Positions 36,276 to 49,665 of a stretch of DNA of 64,000 nucleotides are shown one piece after another. Every line of letters starts with the position of its first letter. Position 1 is the first letter of the stretch. The stretch is from Rebecca billardiae RCC1528 (taxonomy: Eukaryota > Protista > Haptophyta). A program made the position numbers and the translations under genes. The notes beneath the pieces were generated by a model. The model saw nothing but the letters and a program-made list of their open reading frames with translations, did no database searches and was not told the DNA's origin. Location of the stretch: assembly GCA_965240325.2 (NCBI GenBank), contig OZ251253.1, forward strand, positions 372,001 through 436,000. Reading direction: 5' to 3'.

Positions 36276-36974
36276 TTCTCGGTCAAGTAGCCTGCAGCAC
36301 GGCCGCAGCAGCAGCACGCGCGGCAGCGCCGGCGGCAGCAGCCGCGGCGCGCACGCGCGTGCGGTGCGCAGCAGCCACGCGCGTGCGCGGCAGGCGCAGG
36401 GCGATGACGACGGCACCGGGGGTGGCGGCAGGCGGTGGCCGCACACACCAGCGGGTGAGCCGTACGTCAGGCTCCGGCGCACCGCTGCCACATGTGCGGC
36501 AGCCGCCATGGCCCGCCGCCACCGCGGCGCTGCCGACGCCGCCGCGCCGCACGCTCGCACTCGTCGGACAGACAGCGGTGCGAGTGGCGGGGTGGCCATC
36601 GTCAGCCAGTGGCAGGCCGCCGCCGCCATATCAGGGGCTCATATCAGCCGGCAGACAGTGCGCGCGCACTCATCAAGTGGACAAGTGACGACGATATATA
36701 TGGCGTACGCGCCTCCGCCACTGACTATATACGACGGATGGTGATGACGATGACGACTGCTGCGCCTGCATGCTGATGTGCGGCGCGCGCGCCATATCGT
36801 CGTCAGCAGCATCTGATGCTGATGATGATGATATATATATATCTGCTGTACATATCGATCACCGCCGCCAGTCAGAGCGCAGTGATTCTGCTGTAGTATG
36901 GAGCAGGTCGTCACTCCCCTGGCGGCTCGTTATAAATCATCCGCGACGAGTCGTAGCGGCAGGGCGGCTGCGCG

Positions 36975-38666
36975 TCATGACAATGACGACTGCGGCGGAT
37001 TGGCGGCGGCGACGGAGTCAGTCGCGGACGAGCTCCACTGCTGCTGCTGCTGCAGCTGCTGGCTCTCAGCCGCAATGCCTGCCGCTGCGGCGTGCGCCGC
37101 CAGGGCGCGCGCGCGCGCCGGGCTGCGCGTCTCCTCGAAGTTGACGCCGGACGCGGCGATCATCATCTTCGTCTCCTGCTTCCTGCGCCGCTGCTCCGCC
37201 TCGCCCACCGTCGGGTTTACCCAGCGCCCCATGTACATTGTGGCGAGCGTGATCCGCCGCATGATCCAGCCGCATGCGATGCAGGCCAGCAGCCCGATGT
37301 GCATGCCGTACACACCCCACAGCCAGAGCGAGAGCGCCGGCGCGAAGTTGACGATGCCGAAGACCACCGCGAAAGCGGGCTCGCCCACGTAGTCGGCGAA
37401 CGTCCCTGCGGGCGCGAGCGCGCAGGGTGGCGGCGGGGCGCGCGCCGCCGCGTCAGGCTGCCGGCAGCGCGCTGGCCAGAGTCCCGGTTGACGCGCGCGG
37501 CGCGGACGGGACGGCCGCGCGGCGCCGTTGAGTGCGCATGCACAGCGTGCGCACTCGGCCCACCATGCGCCACGCACACCGCTCTGGCCTGCTTGGCGCC
37601 GGCCAGCCAGCACTGCACACAGACACCGCCACGGGGCAGACCGACGCGCGCAGCAGGTCCGAGGAGGGCGCGCGCGGCGAGTTTTCTTTTTGAATAGATC
37701 GATCAGAAAACTACAAGTACGCACCGACAAAGTTGTTGGCCGCGCGGTCGTCGAGGGGCTCGATGTACAGCAGCAGCATCGAGCTGAGCACCGTGCCGAC
37801 GAAGCACGGCACCGTCGCCGCGAGCAGGAACGCCGAGTACCACTGCGAGAGCAGAGCGTGCGTCTCAGCGAGCGGTGGTTCCACCTGTAACATCGCGACG
37901 ATGACGCTGCGGGCGCGCGCGCGCGGGGTGGTGGAGGGATGGGACGGCGCGTGGGTGGCACGCGCGCGCGTCCGAGGGTCAGGGGCGGGCGTGTCGGTGG
38001 CCGGGCTCGCGCGCGCCGCGTGGGCGTGTCCGGCTAGTACTATACTACTACTAGGAGGAGGAGTACTCACGTGAGTAGGAGGGCTGAGACGACGGCGGTG
38101 TTGGTCAGGTTGGCGCGCTCGGCCTCGCGCACGCTCACGCCCTCCGAGCGCTGCTCGAGCACGTCGGTGGAGAAGCGGGTGCGGTTGGTCTCGATCGTGA
38201 GCATCATCGCCGCGAGGTACACCGCCCCGGGCACCAGCACGCCCAGCACGCGCGTGCCGTACGACAGCGGGTCTGCGCCGCTCAGCCCTGGTACAAACTC
38301 GTGCAACATGCCGATGACGAGGGCGGGGGAGGCGAAGCCGATGCCGAAGAGGATGGCGAGGACGTTGAAGCGCCCGCTCGCCGAGGGCATGCCGAACGGC
38401 ACGTCGAGCTTCGCCGAGACCACCTGCTTGAGCTGGAGCTTCTGCCCGAGCGTCAGACCCTCCGCGTACAGACGTGCCCAGTCGGTCGCGTCGAGCGCCT
38501 CGATGGCGAAGGCGTCGGCGATCTGCTCGCGCGCGAGCAGCTCGAGCAGCGCGGGTTCCAGCCCGTCGTCGAGCGACAGCCCGCTGGCAGCGCCACCGCC
38601 GCCGCCGTTGGTAGGGGGGCGCGAGGCCACCACCTGGCTGGCCACCCGCAAGGGGGAGGCCGCCAT
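36975..38666 (-). CDS. Multi-pass membrane protein with N-terminal SAM-like domain and PGG-like TM region (3 exons)
   Basis: SAM-like LLAREQIADAFAIEALDATDW..GLTLGQKLQL. NLTNTAVVSALLLT|VIVAM followed by several TM helices. GT..AG introns near 38070-37907 and 37723-37406. Confidence 0.65.
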
Positions 38667-38773
38667 CGCGCCGTCTGGCCGCAAAGCCCGCAACGGCCTT
38701 CGCCCGGAGCGGCTCCTTCCGTGCAAAGAGCCGATGCAACGTGGCCCGTCCGCGCGCAGCCTCGGCGTGCAGC

Positions 38774-40111
38774 ATGGAGCACTTTGACGTGGTCGTCGTG
38801 GGCGCGGGCATCCTGGGCGCGGCGTGCGCGGCGGAGGTGGCGCGGCGGGGCGCGCGCACGCTCATCCTCGACGGCGCCCCCCGCCTCTGCGCCGACAACG
38901 CCACGTCCGCCTCGTGGGCGTGGCTCAACGCGAACGCGAAGTCTCCGAGACATTACAAGGAGCTGAACAAGGAAGGGATGCGGCTGTGGGCCGAGATGGA
39001 GCGGAGCCCCGCGGTGGTGAGCGGCGCGGTGGTCGTGGGCGACGAATCGCCCTTCGACCCGGACTACCCCTCCGAGCGCCTCGCGCGCCCAGAGTCGTTC
39101 GACGCCGCGATCCGGATGCCGGCCGAGATTGCAATCTCGGCGCCGAGCGTGCGGCTCTACCGGCAGGAGGGGCTGATGGACCCGGTGGCGGGGGTGGCGC
39201 GGCTGGTGGGCGAGGCGGAGGCGCACGGCGCCACGCTCGCGCTCGGCGAGCCCGTCCTCCGCCTCGCGCCGCACCCGGACGGCGGCGCGCAGATCGAGAC
39301 GGCTCGGCGCGCGCTGCGCGCGTCACGCGTTCTGCTAGCGGCGGGGACGGCGACGGCGGCGCTCGCGGCGCAGCTCGGCGCGGGGCCGGCGGACGTGCCG
39401 CTGCTGCGCAAGCCGGGCGTGCTGGTCTGGACGCGCCCGCTCCCACCGGGCACCCTGCGCGCGCTGCTCGTCACGCCGCAGGTGTACATGCACCAGAGGC
39501 CATGCGGGCGGTTCGTGATCGGCGTCGGCGTCGCAACCGCGACCGCTCCCAAGCCGGCCGGCGGCGGCGGGGGCGGGGTTGGCGGCGGGGGCGATGGCGG
39601 CGGCGGCGGTGGTGGTGGTGGTGGCGGCGTGGCGGCGGGTGGTGGGGCCGGCGCGCCGCCCCCCGCGCCCCCCGCGCGCGACGCCGCCGCCGCCACCCCC
39701 GCCGCCGAGGACACCTCCTTCGAGCACTGCGCGCGCGCAATCAGCATGGCCGCCGAGTGGGTGCCGGCGCTCCGCGCCGCCGCGCCCGAGCGCGCGACGC
39801 TCGGCTTTCGGCCGTACCCGGCGGACGGGCTGCCGGTGGTGGGGTTCCTCGGCGCGCGACCGGGCGGCGTGGCGGCCGGCGTGGCGTACGTCTGCGTCGC
39901 GCACTCCGCCGTCACCCTCGCCCCCGCCCTCGCCCGCCACGTCGGCGCCGAGCTGCTCGCCGGCCGCGCCGTCGCCGAGTCCGCCCTCGCGCCGTACCGG
40001 CCGGGGCGGGCGGCGCTGGCCGTGGCGCGCGGCGCGTACGACGTGCAGATGGACGGCGTGCGCGGCGCGGCGCGGCCGGAGGCGCGCGCGGGCGCGAGCA
40101 GCAAGCTGTAG
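38774..40111 (+). CDS. FAD-dependent oxidoreductase, DAO/glycine oxidase family
   Basis: DVVVVGAGILG (GxGxxG), ATSASWAWLNA, GFRPYPADGLPVVG and HSAVTLAP. Confidence 0.92.
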   Translation: MEHFDVVVVGAGILGAACAAEVARRGARTLILDGAPRLCADNATSASWAWLNANAKSPRHYKELNKEGMRLWAEMERSPAVVSGAVVVGDESPFDPDYPSERLARPESFDAAIRMPAEIAISAPSVRLYRQEGLMDPVAGVARLVGEAEAHGATLALGEPVLRLAPHPDGGAQIETARRALRASRVLLAAGTATAALAAQLGAGPADVPLLRKPGVLVWTRPLPPGTLRALLVTPQVYMHQRPCGRFVIGVGVATATAPKPAGGGGGGVGGGGDGGGGGGGGGGGVAAGGGAGAPPPAPPARDAAAATPAAEDTSFEHCARAISMAAEWVPALRAAAPERATLGFRPYPADGLPVVGFLGARPGGVAAGVAYVCVAHSAVTLAPALARHVGAELLAGRAVAESALAPYRPGRAALAVARGAYDVQMDGVRGAARPEARAGASSKL

Positions 40112-41336
40112 CGCGGGCGGGGCGAGAGACGGCGGGACGGGCGACCCGTCGCCGCGACCTGCGCTGCTGCCCCCGGAGTGTCACCACTGTCACCTGACGG
40201 CGCGCAGCCGCGGTCAAGCTGCCTGCTGCCGGCGCTGCCGCCGCCGCGCCACGCGCACTACTTGGCGGACGACAGCCGCGCGCGCCGCCAATTCGCGACG
40301 CCGCTGGACTGCAGCACGCGCGGGCTACGTAGGCGCGCGAGGACGACGCGATATCGCCTATCGGCGGACTGAGGAATGACTACTCGCACGACGGCACGAT
40401 GACGACGGACATGCGCCGTAGCAGTAGTAGTAGTGCCAGCATATATGTGGCGTTATAGGGAATCGTCTATAACTAATAACTGAGTAGTGTCTATGAGCAA
40501 CGCGCCGCCAAGAATATCCGGCTCGCATGGCATCCCGCCAGCGTTCATCACTGATATATGCGTTGTCCGCTGCCGCGCCTCGCCGCGCCGCCAAGGCGGC
40601 AAGGAGTCCTGGTGTCCGGCTGGTGCCGCTGCCAATCATCCGACGACCCGCAGCAGCGCACATGCAGGACTCGGTTTGTTAAGCTCGTCGCTCATCGAGG
40701 CCAAGCTATCGGGGCGAAGCTTCCGGCTCGTGGGGCGCATGGGCTGCGCGCTTGCGACGAAGGCGCCGCCGAGCTGGGCCGAGGGGGATCGCTTGCATAG
40801 TGCATCGGATCGGCTCACTCACGGCGGTGCCGACTCTCTGACCACGGAGGTGCACCGGGTCCGACCGGGCAGCCCCTCTGCTCGGTAAGGCCGCTGGCTG
40901 TCCGTGTGGCCTGTCTCCCCGCCTCATCGTTCGGCGGCGCGACTACATCATCCGTGTCCGTCATTGCTCGCCGCGTCGCCCCTCATGCAATGCCCTCTTG
41001 CTAGTCTCGGCCGCTGTTGCGTCAACCCGCCGCACGATTCGGCATCGCGTTTGATGTGATCATCGTTCCTTATATATATATATTGATCGTCGTCGATCTA
41101 TCATCGTGGCGGTCTACCTCACGACGCCGCGCGCCACGACCATCCAGCTCCAGTCGTACCCGACTCAGTCATCACTCGATCATCACCATATACGAGCCGG
41201 GCATATGATGGCGGAGTGGCGGCGGCTGCTAGACACGACAGTACGCCTCCGGCCGGCGCGCAGCATCCCGCCAACGACGACAAGTGTACGACGAAGTGTA
41301 CCGCGGACCGGCGAGTCGCGACGACGCACCGGACTC

Positions 41337-41436
<100 letters not shown>

Positions 41437-43336
41437 ATAATAAATATATACGACGTACGATACCGTACTGCATGACGAGTACGCGACGCGCGCGATTATA
41501 GCGCATATATATATATATGACCGCGTTCCGCGGTCCTTCCGTAGAACCAACGTAGTTAGAGGCCCGCGGTGCACCCTCCGTTGCGCCTCGTGCCGGCAGA
41601 GCGAGAGCGCGCGCCACTGCTGCGGCCCCGCCCCCCGGGCCCGTGCGCTCACTCACGGCGCTGCGCAGCCGCGCACCGAGAGGCGAGACCGAGCGCGGAG
41701 CTCGGGGTGGAACGAGGCGAGCGGCGGGTCGCGCCTGCCGCCGCGCGTGCGCGCCTGCTCCACCGCGCCACCGTGCAGCGTGCTCGCCCGCCGCCTCCTC
41801 CGCCGCGTCGGCCTCGAAGCAGCGGCGGCCAGCCAGCCGACCGAGGCTGAGCCCGTGCGTGCTCACTCACCCGGCGCGGTGGCGCCCTCGAGTCGACGGC
41901 CGTCTACTCCACAGCTGGCTGCTCGAGCTGCTGCACGGGGCGTCGCGACGAGGGCGCCGCGCGCGCCCAGCCAGCGCGTCCGTCGCCGCGTCGCGCACGG
42001 CGCAGCGCGTCGAGCTCGGCGCCGCGCTTCCGGGCCAGCTCGGCGCCCAGCGCCTGCGCGCGCACGTGCTCCGATGCACGGCCCGAGTCAGCTGGGCGCC
42101 CGGCTGCGCGACCGAACGGGAACCGGCGCGCGTTCCACGACTGTCACTGCTCCTGCTTGTCCTCACGCTGCTGCACCTCCACGCCGCCGTCGACCGAGTT
42201 GCTAAGGAGGAGCTCGCGCTCGACGTCACGAGGAGCGAGCTCGCGTGCTCGAGCTCGCCCTTCAGCCGCGCTAGCTCCGGGCGCATCCGTTGCGTGCTCG
42301 CGGCGCGCTCCTCCTCTAGCAACGAACGAGCTTACGCGTAGTGCTCCGGACTCGGCTCGCCTTTGCGTGCTCCTCCTCGAGGACGAACGCGCCCGCGCGG
42401 GCAGGGCCCGCGCCCGGGTAAAAAACCTGCTGTGTTCGGCCTCGGCCCTCGGGCCGCCATCCAATACCGGGTGCCCAAGGGAGGTCCTCCCTTGGGGTGC
42501 CGTTCGTCATAGTTCAGACTCGGCCAATCGGTAATCGGATGCGACGCATCATACTCGCCGGGAGCGCAAAGGTTTACGTCGTCAGTAAAGTTGAGTACTT
42601 GACGAGACTTTTTGCCAGGAGCCCAGGACCTCCATCGCACGCGCTTGGGTCCTCGTCCTATTTGGCAACATTATGGTCGTATGAAGATTTACAACAAATC
42701 GCAGATTATTCGTTCACCCAGATATACTGACAAATGCACGTCCACAGGCTCACGTCCGTCCGTAGATACGGAATTGGAGCGGGCGCGGCTATTTCGTCAA
42801 TCGAGTCTTGCTAATGCAAAGCAATGGGCCAATGTACCCCTCGAAAAAGCGAAAACTCACCCTCCAACAGCCCTCAAAATCGTCCCCCGTCCCCTTTTCT
42901 TTGATCAAAAGATCTTTTTGACAACGTAGTGAGGGCCCCCGGCGGGGCTCCACGCTACGCGTTCCGCCCTGCACCGCGGGCCATGATGCATGCGCGCTGG
43001 CTACTGAATGATCGGCGGACAGTTGCTGAGTAGGCCTGCAGGGCGCGCCACGGACCGCCTTAAGCTGGCGCCGCCTCAGCCAGTAAGTGACTGACCGCCC
43101 GCCTGCCGTATCATAAAGAGGCAGCAGGGCGCGTCAGGAAGCGCGGCCCGCGCGCGTAGGCCAGGCCGCGGCAGCGGGCCGCCTGCGCTGCGAACGTGCG
43201 GTGAAGTGCGGGGCTCCTAGTAAGCGGTGGTCACAGTCCGGACGCTCCCGGTATCTCATCCGGTATCTCATGCACCGCGCGGCGGCGTGTCGCGCGGCGG
43301 CGCGCGTGGCAGCAGGCAGCTCAGCTGAGCAGCCGA

Positions 43337-46267
43337 CTACGACGCGCCGCCGCCGCCGTGCTGCTGCTGCTGCGCGCCCGCCTCGAGCGCCGCGCGCAGC
43401 TTGGCCGCGTCCGCCGGCTCGAGCGCCTGCTCCAGCGCGCCGACGATCTGCGCGGTCGCCGGCTGCGAGCGGAGGGCGGCGAGCAGCGCGGCGGCGCGCG
43501 CGCGCGTGCGCGCGTCCGCCGCGCCCGAGTCGACGGCTGTGGCGATGTAAAGCAGCTGCGTCGCGACCGCGTGCGCGCGCTCGCCGCCCGCGCCGAGAAG
43601 CTCGGCGCCGCGCGTCTCGGCGAGCGTGCACAGCTGCGCGTGCACCACCTGCGCCTCGAGCAGGTCGGCGCGCACCGGCAGGTAGCCTGCGGCGCGGCGG
43701 CGCGGCGGCGCGGCGGCGCGGCGGCGCGTGCGCGCGTGCGCGCGCGCGAGGCGCGTGCGCGAGTGAGCGCGCGCTGCTGCTGCGCTGCGGAGGGCTGGGG
43801 GGGGGCAGGGGCGGGGGCGAGGGGGGCGGCGCGGCGCAGCGGAGGAGGGCGGGCGGCGGGCCAAGGGCGGCGCGGCGCGCCCGGCCGCACCGAGGAAGAT
43901 CGGCAGCAGCGCCTCTGCGCTCACGACGGGCGCGCGGTGCAGCAGCAGCTTGCCGAGTGCAGACACCGCGTTGTCGGTGGCGGACTCGTTATCCTCATTG
44001 CGCGCGTCCGGCGCCTGGACGACCCCCACGAGCGTCTGCGCGGCCTCGAGCACGGCCGCGTCGGCGAGCGCGCCGCGCGCGTGCTCGGCGAGCACGCCGA
44101 GCCCGTAGCACGCCGCCTGCCGCACCTCCGCCGCGGCGTCTGTGGCGTAGCGCAGCAGCAGCGGCAGCGCTGGGCCGATGTAGGGTGCGGAGCCGCCGTC
44201 GGCGGAGCAGTGCCTGCGGCGGCGGCGCGAGGGCGGTGGGGTGGCCGCGCGGCGGGGCGGGGAGGCGAGCTCAGCGCGCAAGCGAGGCGGGCGGGCGGGT
44301 TGCAGGCGGGGCGTGCGGCTGTGCGGCGGTGCGGCGGCGGTGCGGCGGCGGTGCGGCGGTGCGGCGGTGCGGCGGTGCGGCGGTGCGGCGGTGCGGCGGT
44401 GCGGCGGTGCGGCGGTGCGGCGGTGCGGCGGTGCGGCGGTGCGGCGGTGCGGCGGTGCGGCGGTGCGGCGGTGCGGCGGTGCGGCGGCGCGCGCGCGCGC
44501 GTGCTGCGCACTCGGCGATGTCATCAAAGACACAAAGGGCGGCCGTGCGGTCGTTGGGCGTGCGATCTGGCGGGAGCAGCGTCTGCCGTGCGTGCGCGTG
44601 CGCGTGCGTGTGCGTGCGCGTGTGCGTGTGCGCATGGGGGCGGGCGGCGCGGGCGCAGGCACGCGCGTGCGCGCGTCAGTGCGTCACGGCGCCCGCCGCG
44701 CGACACCGCGGGCGTGCGCCCGCGCCGCCACGGTGCCGCGCGGCCGCAGTGCCGCGTTGCGCCGCATGCGCCCCCGCCTCCCTCGCACCCGCACTGCCCC
44801 CGTGCCCCTTGCCCCGTGCCCCTCGCAGGGGCAGTGCCCACCTCGGCACTGCCCAGCGGGGGCACTGCCCTAACCCGCACCGCCCACCAGGCGCAGTGCC
44901 GCGGTGGGCGCGCGGGTGCCGCAGTGGGCGCGCGCGGGTGCCGCAGTGGGCGCGCGCGGGTGCCGCAGTGGGCGCACGGGTGCCGCGGTGGGCGCGCGGG
45001 TGCCGCGGTGGGCGCGCGGGTGCCGCGGTGGGCGCGGCCGCACCTGTACGACGCCCATCAGGTGCTCGTTCAGGTGCGGCAGGAAGGCGGACCTGTAGAC
45101 CTTGATGTACCGCCCGACGCACTCGACGATCGTCGAGAGCAGCGACTCCTCCTCCACGTCCGCGCCGTCGTCCTCCTCCTCCTCCTCGTCCGCGCCGCGC
45201 TCCGCCGCCGCCGCCGCCGCCGCGTCGCGCCGCCTATCCAGCGACTCAGTCGCCGCCGCGCCGAGGGCCTTGGCCGCCGCGCCGATCTGCTCGGGCGCCT
45301 GCGCGCACGAGGCGTGCGTCTCGCCGAGCTCGACGAGGGACGAGAGCGCGTCCACCAGCGAGGAGAGCGTCTGCGAGCGGCGGCGCATGGCGGCGGCGGC
45401 AGCGTCGGTGCGCGGTGGCGCGGCGCGACGCGCGGCGGCGGCAGCAGCAGCGGCAGCCGCGCCGGCATGGGGGGGTGGGGGGGTGGACGGTTGGCGCGGT
45501 GGCGGGCGCGCGCGGGGCGGCGCAGGCGCGTCCACCGCGCAGGCAGGCGGTGCGCGCGCGCGCGCGCACCGCCGTGTCGTCCTCGTCGCCGATCTGCTCG
45601 AGCAGCTTGGCGAGAGCGAAGCCGAGCGTCTGACGAGTGAGCTCCGCCGATGCGTTGGGCGCGCCCGCGCCCTCCGCGAGGGCTGTTGCTTCGACGAGCG
45701 CCGGCAGCCCCCCCGCCGCGGCCGAGCGCACCTCCTCGTGGTAGTCGAAGCCCACCAGCTCCGCCAGCACCGGCAGCACCGCGCCCACGTGCGGGAAGAA
45801 GCCACCCTTCAGCTCGGCCGCGTACGCAGCGAGCATCGTACACGCTGTCGCCTTCTCCTCGAGGGCGGCGGTGCGGATGGAAATGCGCTTGTTGCCCACG
45901 CCGGGGATGGTCACCTCCACGGACTCGACGCCCTCCTCGTCCTGGCGCGCGCGGCGTGCGTGTGTGTGGTGCGTGTGTGTGTGAATGAGTGTGTGCGTGT
46001 GTGGTGGGCGCGCGGGTGCCGCGGTGGGCGCGCGGGTGCCGCAGTGGGCGCGCGGGTGCCGCAGTGGGCGCGCGCACGCCCCCACCTCCTCCGGCGCGGC
46101 CACCGCCTCGTCCGCGTCGGTGACGCTCAGCTCGGGGTCGACCTGCGCCGAGGCGAGCAGCGGCGGCAGCACGTGCGGCAGGTACGGCACGAACCCCTCG
46201 CCCAGGCACTTGCAGATGCGCGCGCTCGCCTGCAGCATGAACGCCATCTGCGCGTCGTCCTCGGGAG

Positions 46268-46300
<33 letters not shown>

Positions 46301-49300
46301 GCGACTGCGCGTGGATCATGGCCTCCATCACCGCGGCGGCGTGCGGCGCGAAGGTCTCGCGCCCCACCGCGAGGCCGATCAGCGAGACGCACTCCATCGC
46401 CTTCCCCTGCAGCAGCCGGTACTCCGGCCCCTGATTCGCCTGCAGGATCGCGAGCAGTCCGGGCACGAATGTCTCATAGTACTGACTAAACGCGCCCTCC
46501 ACGACGTCCGCAACCGACGCGACGGCCGTGACCGCCTGCTCCTGCACGTGGCGCACGCCCGAGCGCAGCAGCTCGAGCAGCTGCGCGCGCGCCGAGCGGC
46601 GGGCGGGCGGGCGGACGGGCGGCAGCCGCGCGTTCGGGTGGGGTTAGGGTTAGGGTGGTTCGGGTTAGGGTTAGGGGGTAGGGTTGGGGGTAGGGTAAGG
46701 GCACGCCCTCGGCAGGTGCGGCGGCGGCGCGCTCGCCCGCACCTGCGTGAGCAGCGGCTCGAGGTACGGCTCGAGCGTGGGGCGCGCGCAGTGCTCGCAG
46801 AAGTTGATCACCGCGGACGCGGCGTGCCCCTGCACGCGCGCCGACCCGTCCTGTGCGGGACGCAGGCGCAGGCGCGGCGCAGGCGCAGGCGCGCGCGCGC
46901 AAGGGCGGCGGAGGCCGGGGGGCGGGCGCGCGCGGTGTCAGCCGGCTCGTCCACCGCCGCCACCGCCCCGCACACGCGCGCACACACACGCACACGCTCG
47001 GCCCCCCAACATCCACCCACCCACACGCGCGCGGCACGCGCGGGGGGGGGAGCGCAGAGCGTGGCAGGCAGCGCGCACCCGCATGGTGGCGATCAGGGGC
47101 GGCACCAGCAGCGCATGAAACTGCCGCTGCAGCGCTGGGCCAAAGTCGGTGGCCATCTGGCCGATGGTGTTGACGGCGGCCCAGCGCACGCGCGGGTGCG
47201 GGTCCTGCAGGTTCGCCACCACCATCTGCACGACGGAGCCCAGCTGCTTCGACAGCTGCTTCGCGCACCCCTCCCCCGCCTGCGAGATCGCAATCAGGGC
47301 CGCGTGCCGCTCCTTCCAATTGGCCGAGGCGGCGAGTTGGCCGATTCGCTCGAGCAGCACGGGGAGGCAGGCCTTGCCGCCGAGCGCGATGGAGAAGCGG
47401 TCGAGCGCCTCCGAGCCCACGTCGTAGTCCGAGACCGACGCGTCCTCCTCGTTCTCCCCCGCCGCGGTCTCCCACTCCGCCACCTCCGCCGGCGTGTCGC
47501 CCTCCACCTGCGCCCGCGGGCCAATATGGGCAGATGCGGGCAAATGCGGGTAAATGCGGGTACGGATGCATGGTGCGGTACACGTGCGGGCGAAATGGGC
47601 GAGAGGGGGGCGTGCGTGCGTTGCGTGGACGGGCGGAGGCGGGTGGGCGGGAGGCGCAGGGCGCGGGGGAGCCACGGCACCGCGCTGCCGCCCAGGCGGC
47701 CGCGCGCGCGCGCGCCACGCGCCGCCGCCCCTTGTGCCCGCGCCCGCCGCCGGGCGCCCCGCCCCGCCGAGCCCGCCCAGTCCCCCTGCGGGCGGGGGGC
47801 GCGCGGCGGGCCGGGCGCGGCACGCGGCGCACCCCCGCGCACACGACACGCCACCCCGCCCGCCCCTCGCACCCCTCCCCCCCCCCCTCCTCTGTGTGTG
47901 TGTGTGGGGGGGGGAGGGTACGCATGCGCGCACACACGCGCGCACCCCCCCCCTCCCCCCACCGCTCCGCTCAGGCCACCCCCCGCGCGCACACCCGCCT
48001 CCCCCCGCCACCCCCCACCCCGCTGGGGAAAGCCCCGGACGCGCCCTCCGCGCAGGTGGCGGGAGCCCTCCCAGGCGCGCCCCCCCGCCACACGCGCGCA
48101 CACACACCCCTCACACACACACACTCCTCCTGCGCAGGAAACTTCCCGGAAGCTTCCCGCGAGGCGCGCGGCGCGCGCACACCTCGAGCATCATGCGCAG
48201 CGCCAGCGGCAGCACGGCGGCCGGGAAGCCGTCGATCTTCTTCACGATGGCGGGCGCGGCCTCGGCGAGGGTGAGCATGCACTCGAACGCGAGGTGGCGC
48301 GTCGGTTCGTCCAGCTGCGCCGCCGACGCCACGGCGAGCAACGCGTGCACAAGGGCGGACGCGTGCGGCTTGAGGAAGCGCGGACAGTTCTCGGAAAGTT
48401 CCACAAAGGTCTCGAGGGCGTCGCGCGCCTCGTCCTCCGCCGAGGCGTTGAGCGCGGTGGAGACGACGGCGAGCATGTGCGGCACGAGCTCGGCGTACGG
48501 CGCGCGCTCGGCCGCGCTGCCCAACGCTTGCACCACCGCCGCCACCGCCTGCACCGCCGCCACGCGCACCGCCGTCGATTCACCCTCGGCCAGCGAGCGC
48601 GCGAGCGTCTGCTGCAGCGTCGGGCGCGCGTCGCGCAGCGCGGGGCGCGCGAGCGGGCCGGCGAGCTCGGCGAGGATGTGCATCGCGGCCTCGTGCAGCC
48701 CGGCGTTGCCGCTCGTCGCGCAGCGCAGCACGAACGGCAGCAGCCCTTCCCAGCCGAGTGGCGGCGGCGGCGGCGGCTCCGGCTGCCCCGCCTGCTGCGC
48801 CGCGATCGCTGCCTGCGCGTGCGCGGCGCTCGACGCCTCGGCGCACTCCCACGCGAGCTGGCTCACGGCGTCGCTGATCTTCTTGCGCAGCGAGCTGCGC
48901 TCCGCGGGGCCGCCGGGGCGCGGGCGTGCGCGCCGGGCCGGCGCGCGCGCGCGCACGCGGCGGCCCGTAAGCGCGGCGGCGGCGCGGCGCGGCCGCGGGC
49001 GGCGGCGCGCGCGGGGCCGCGCGGCGCGCGGCGCGCGGCGGGGCGCGCGCACCGCTCGGGCTCGACCTCGAGCGCGGCGAGCAGCTCCGCCTTGAACTGC
49101 TCGAGCAGCCCCGGGCTCAGCCGCGCGATCAGCTTCGTGGTCGTCGTTCGGGCCTGCTGCTGCTGCTGTAAATCGGTGCCGGCGCCGCCGCCGCCGGCCG
49201 CCGCCGGCACCGGAGCAAAGGAGGAGGCGACGCGGCGGGCGAGCACGGCGCAGAGCTGGCGCACCTGCGGGGGGTGGGGAGAACGCGGCCGCATGCCGTG

Positions 49301-49665
49301 GCGGGGGAGCAGCCCGCCGCGCACGCCAACACGGTCGGACATGCGAGCGCGCGCGCGGCCGGCGTGCGCGCGCGCGCCGGGGCCGCGCGCCGCGCGCCGG
49401 CCGCGCGCCGCGCCGCTCCGCGGCGCGCGGGTGGCCGGCGGCGAGCGCGAAGGGGAGGCCGCGAGCGCACCGCGCGGCGCGCGCGCGCGCCGCCCACCTG
49501 CGTGTCGTGGCTCGTGCGCAGCAGCGTGATGAGGCAGGCGAAGAGCGTGTCAGGCTGCTCCTTCGCCTGGTTGAACGTGCGCTCGGCCGCGCCGCGCGTT
49601 TCGTTGTCGGGCGACATGAGCGCGCGGACGAGCTGCTCGAAGCTCGCGACCGCCGCGGGGTCCAT
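43337..49665 (-). CDS. IPO5: Importin-5 / karyopherin beta-3, multi-exon
   Basis: LMSPDNETR.AAE, EALDRFSIALGGK, WKERHAALIAIS..GEGC, DPHPRVRWAA, GKAMECVSLIGLAVG, IRTAALEEKATAC, YHEEVRSAA, EVRQAACYGLG and ATDNAVSALGK. Confidence 0.95.
44323..44488. repeat. 8-bp-based minisatellite (GCGGCGGT)n in importin intron
   Basis: Directly visible. Confidence 0.9.
44896..45036. repeat. ~19-bp minisatellite GTGCCGC(A/G)GTGGGCGCGCGG in importin intron (also 46004-46072)
   Basis: About 7 copies here and 3 in another intron of the same gene. Confidence 0.85.
46641..46701 (+). repeat. Intronic degenerate (TTAGGG)n telomere-type repeat
   Basis: gggTTAGGGTTAGGGtggttcgggTTAGGGTTAGGGggTAGGG..TAAGGG in an importin intron. 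Confidence 0.85.

Noticed and set aside
42780-42960. U4-like snRNA (TTGCTAA.., TTTTTGACA plus 3' hairpin)
   Set aside because: Only short scattered matches. U6-pairing stems and spacing do not fit.
45102-49529. 1475-aa plus-strand ORF and similar long R/A/P/G-rich ORFs throughout the window
   Set aside because: Antisense shadows of real genes (IPO5, RRP12, HYDIN etc.) caused by extreme GC content.
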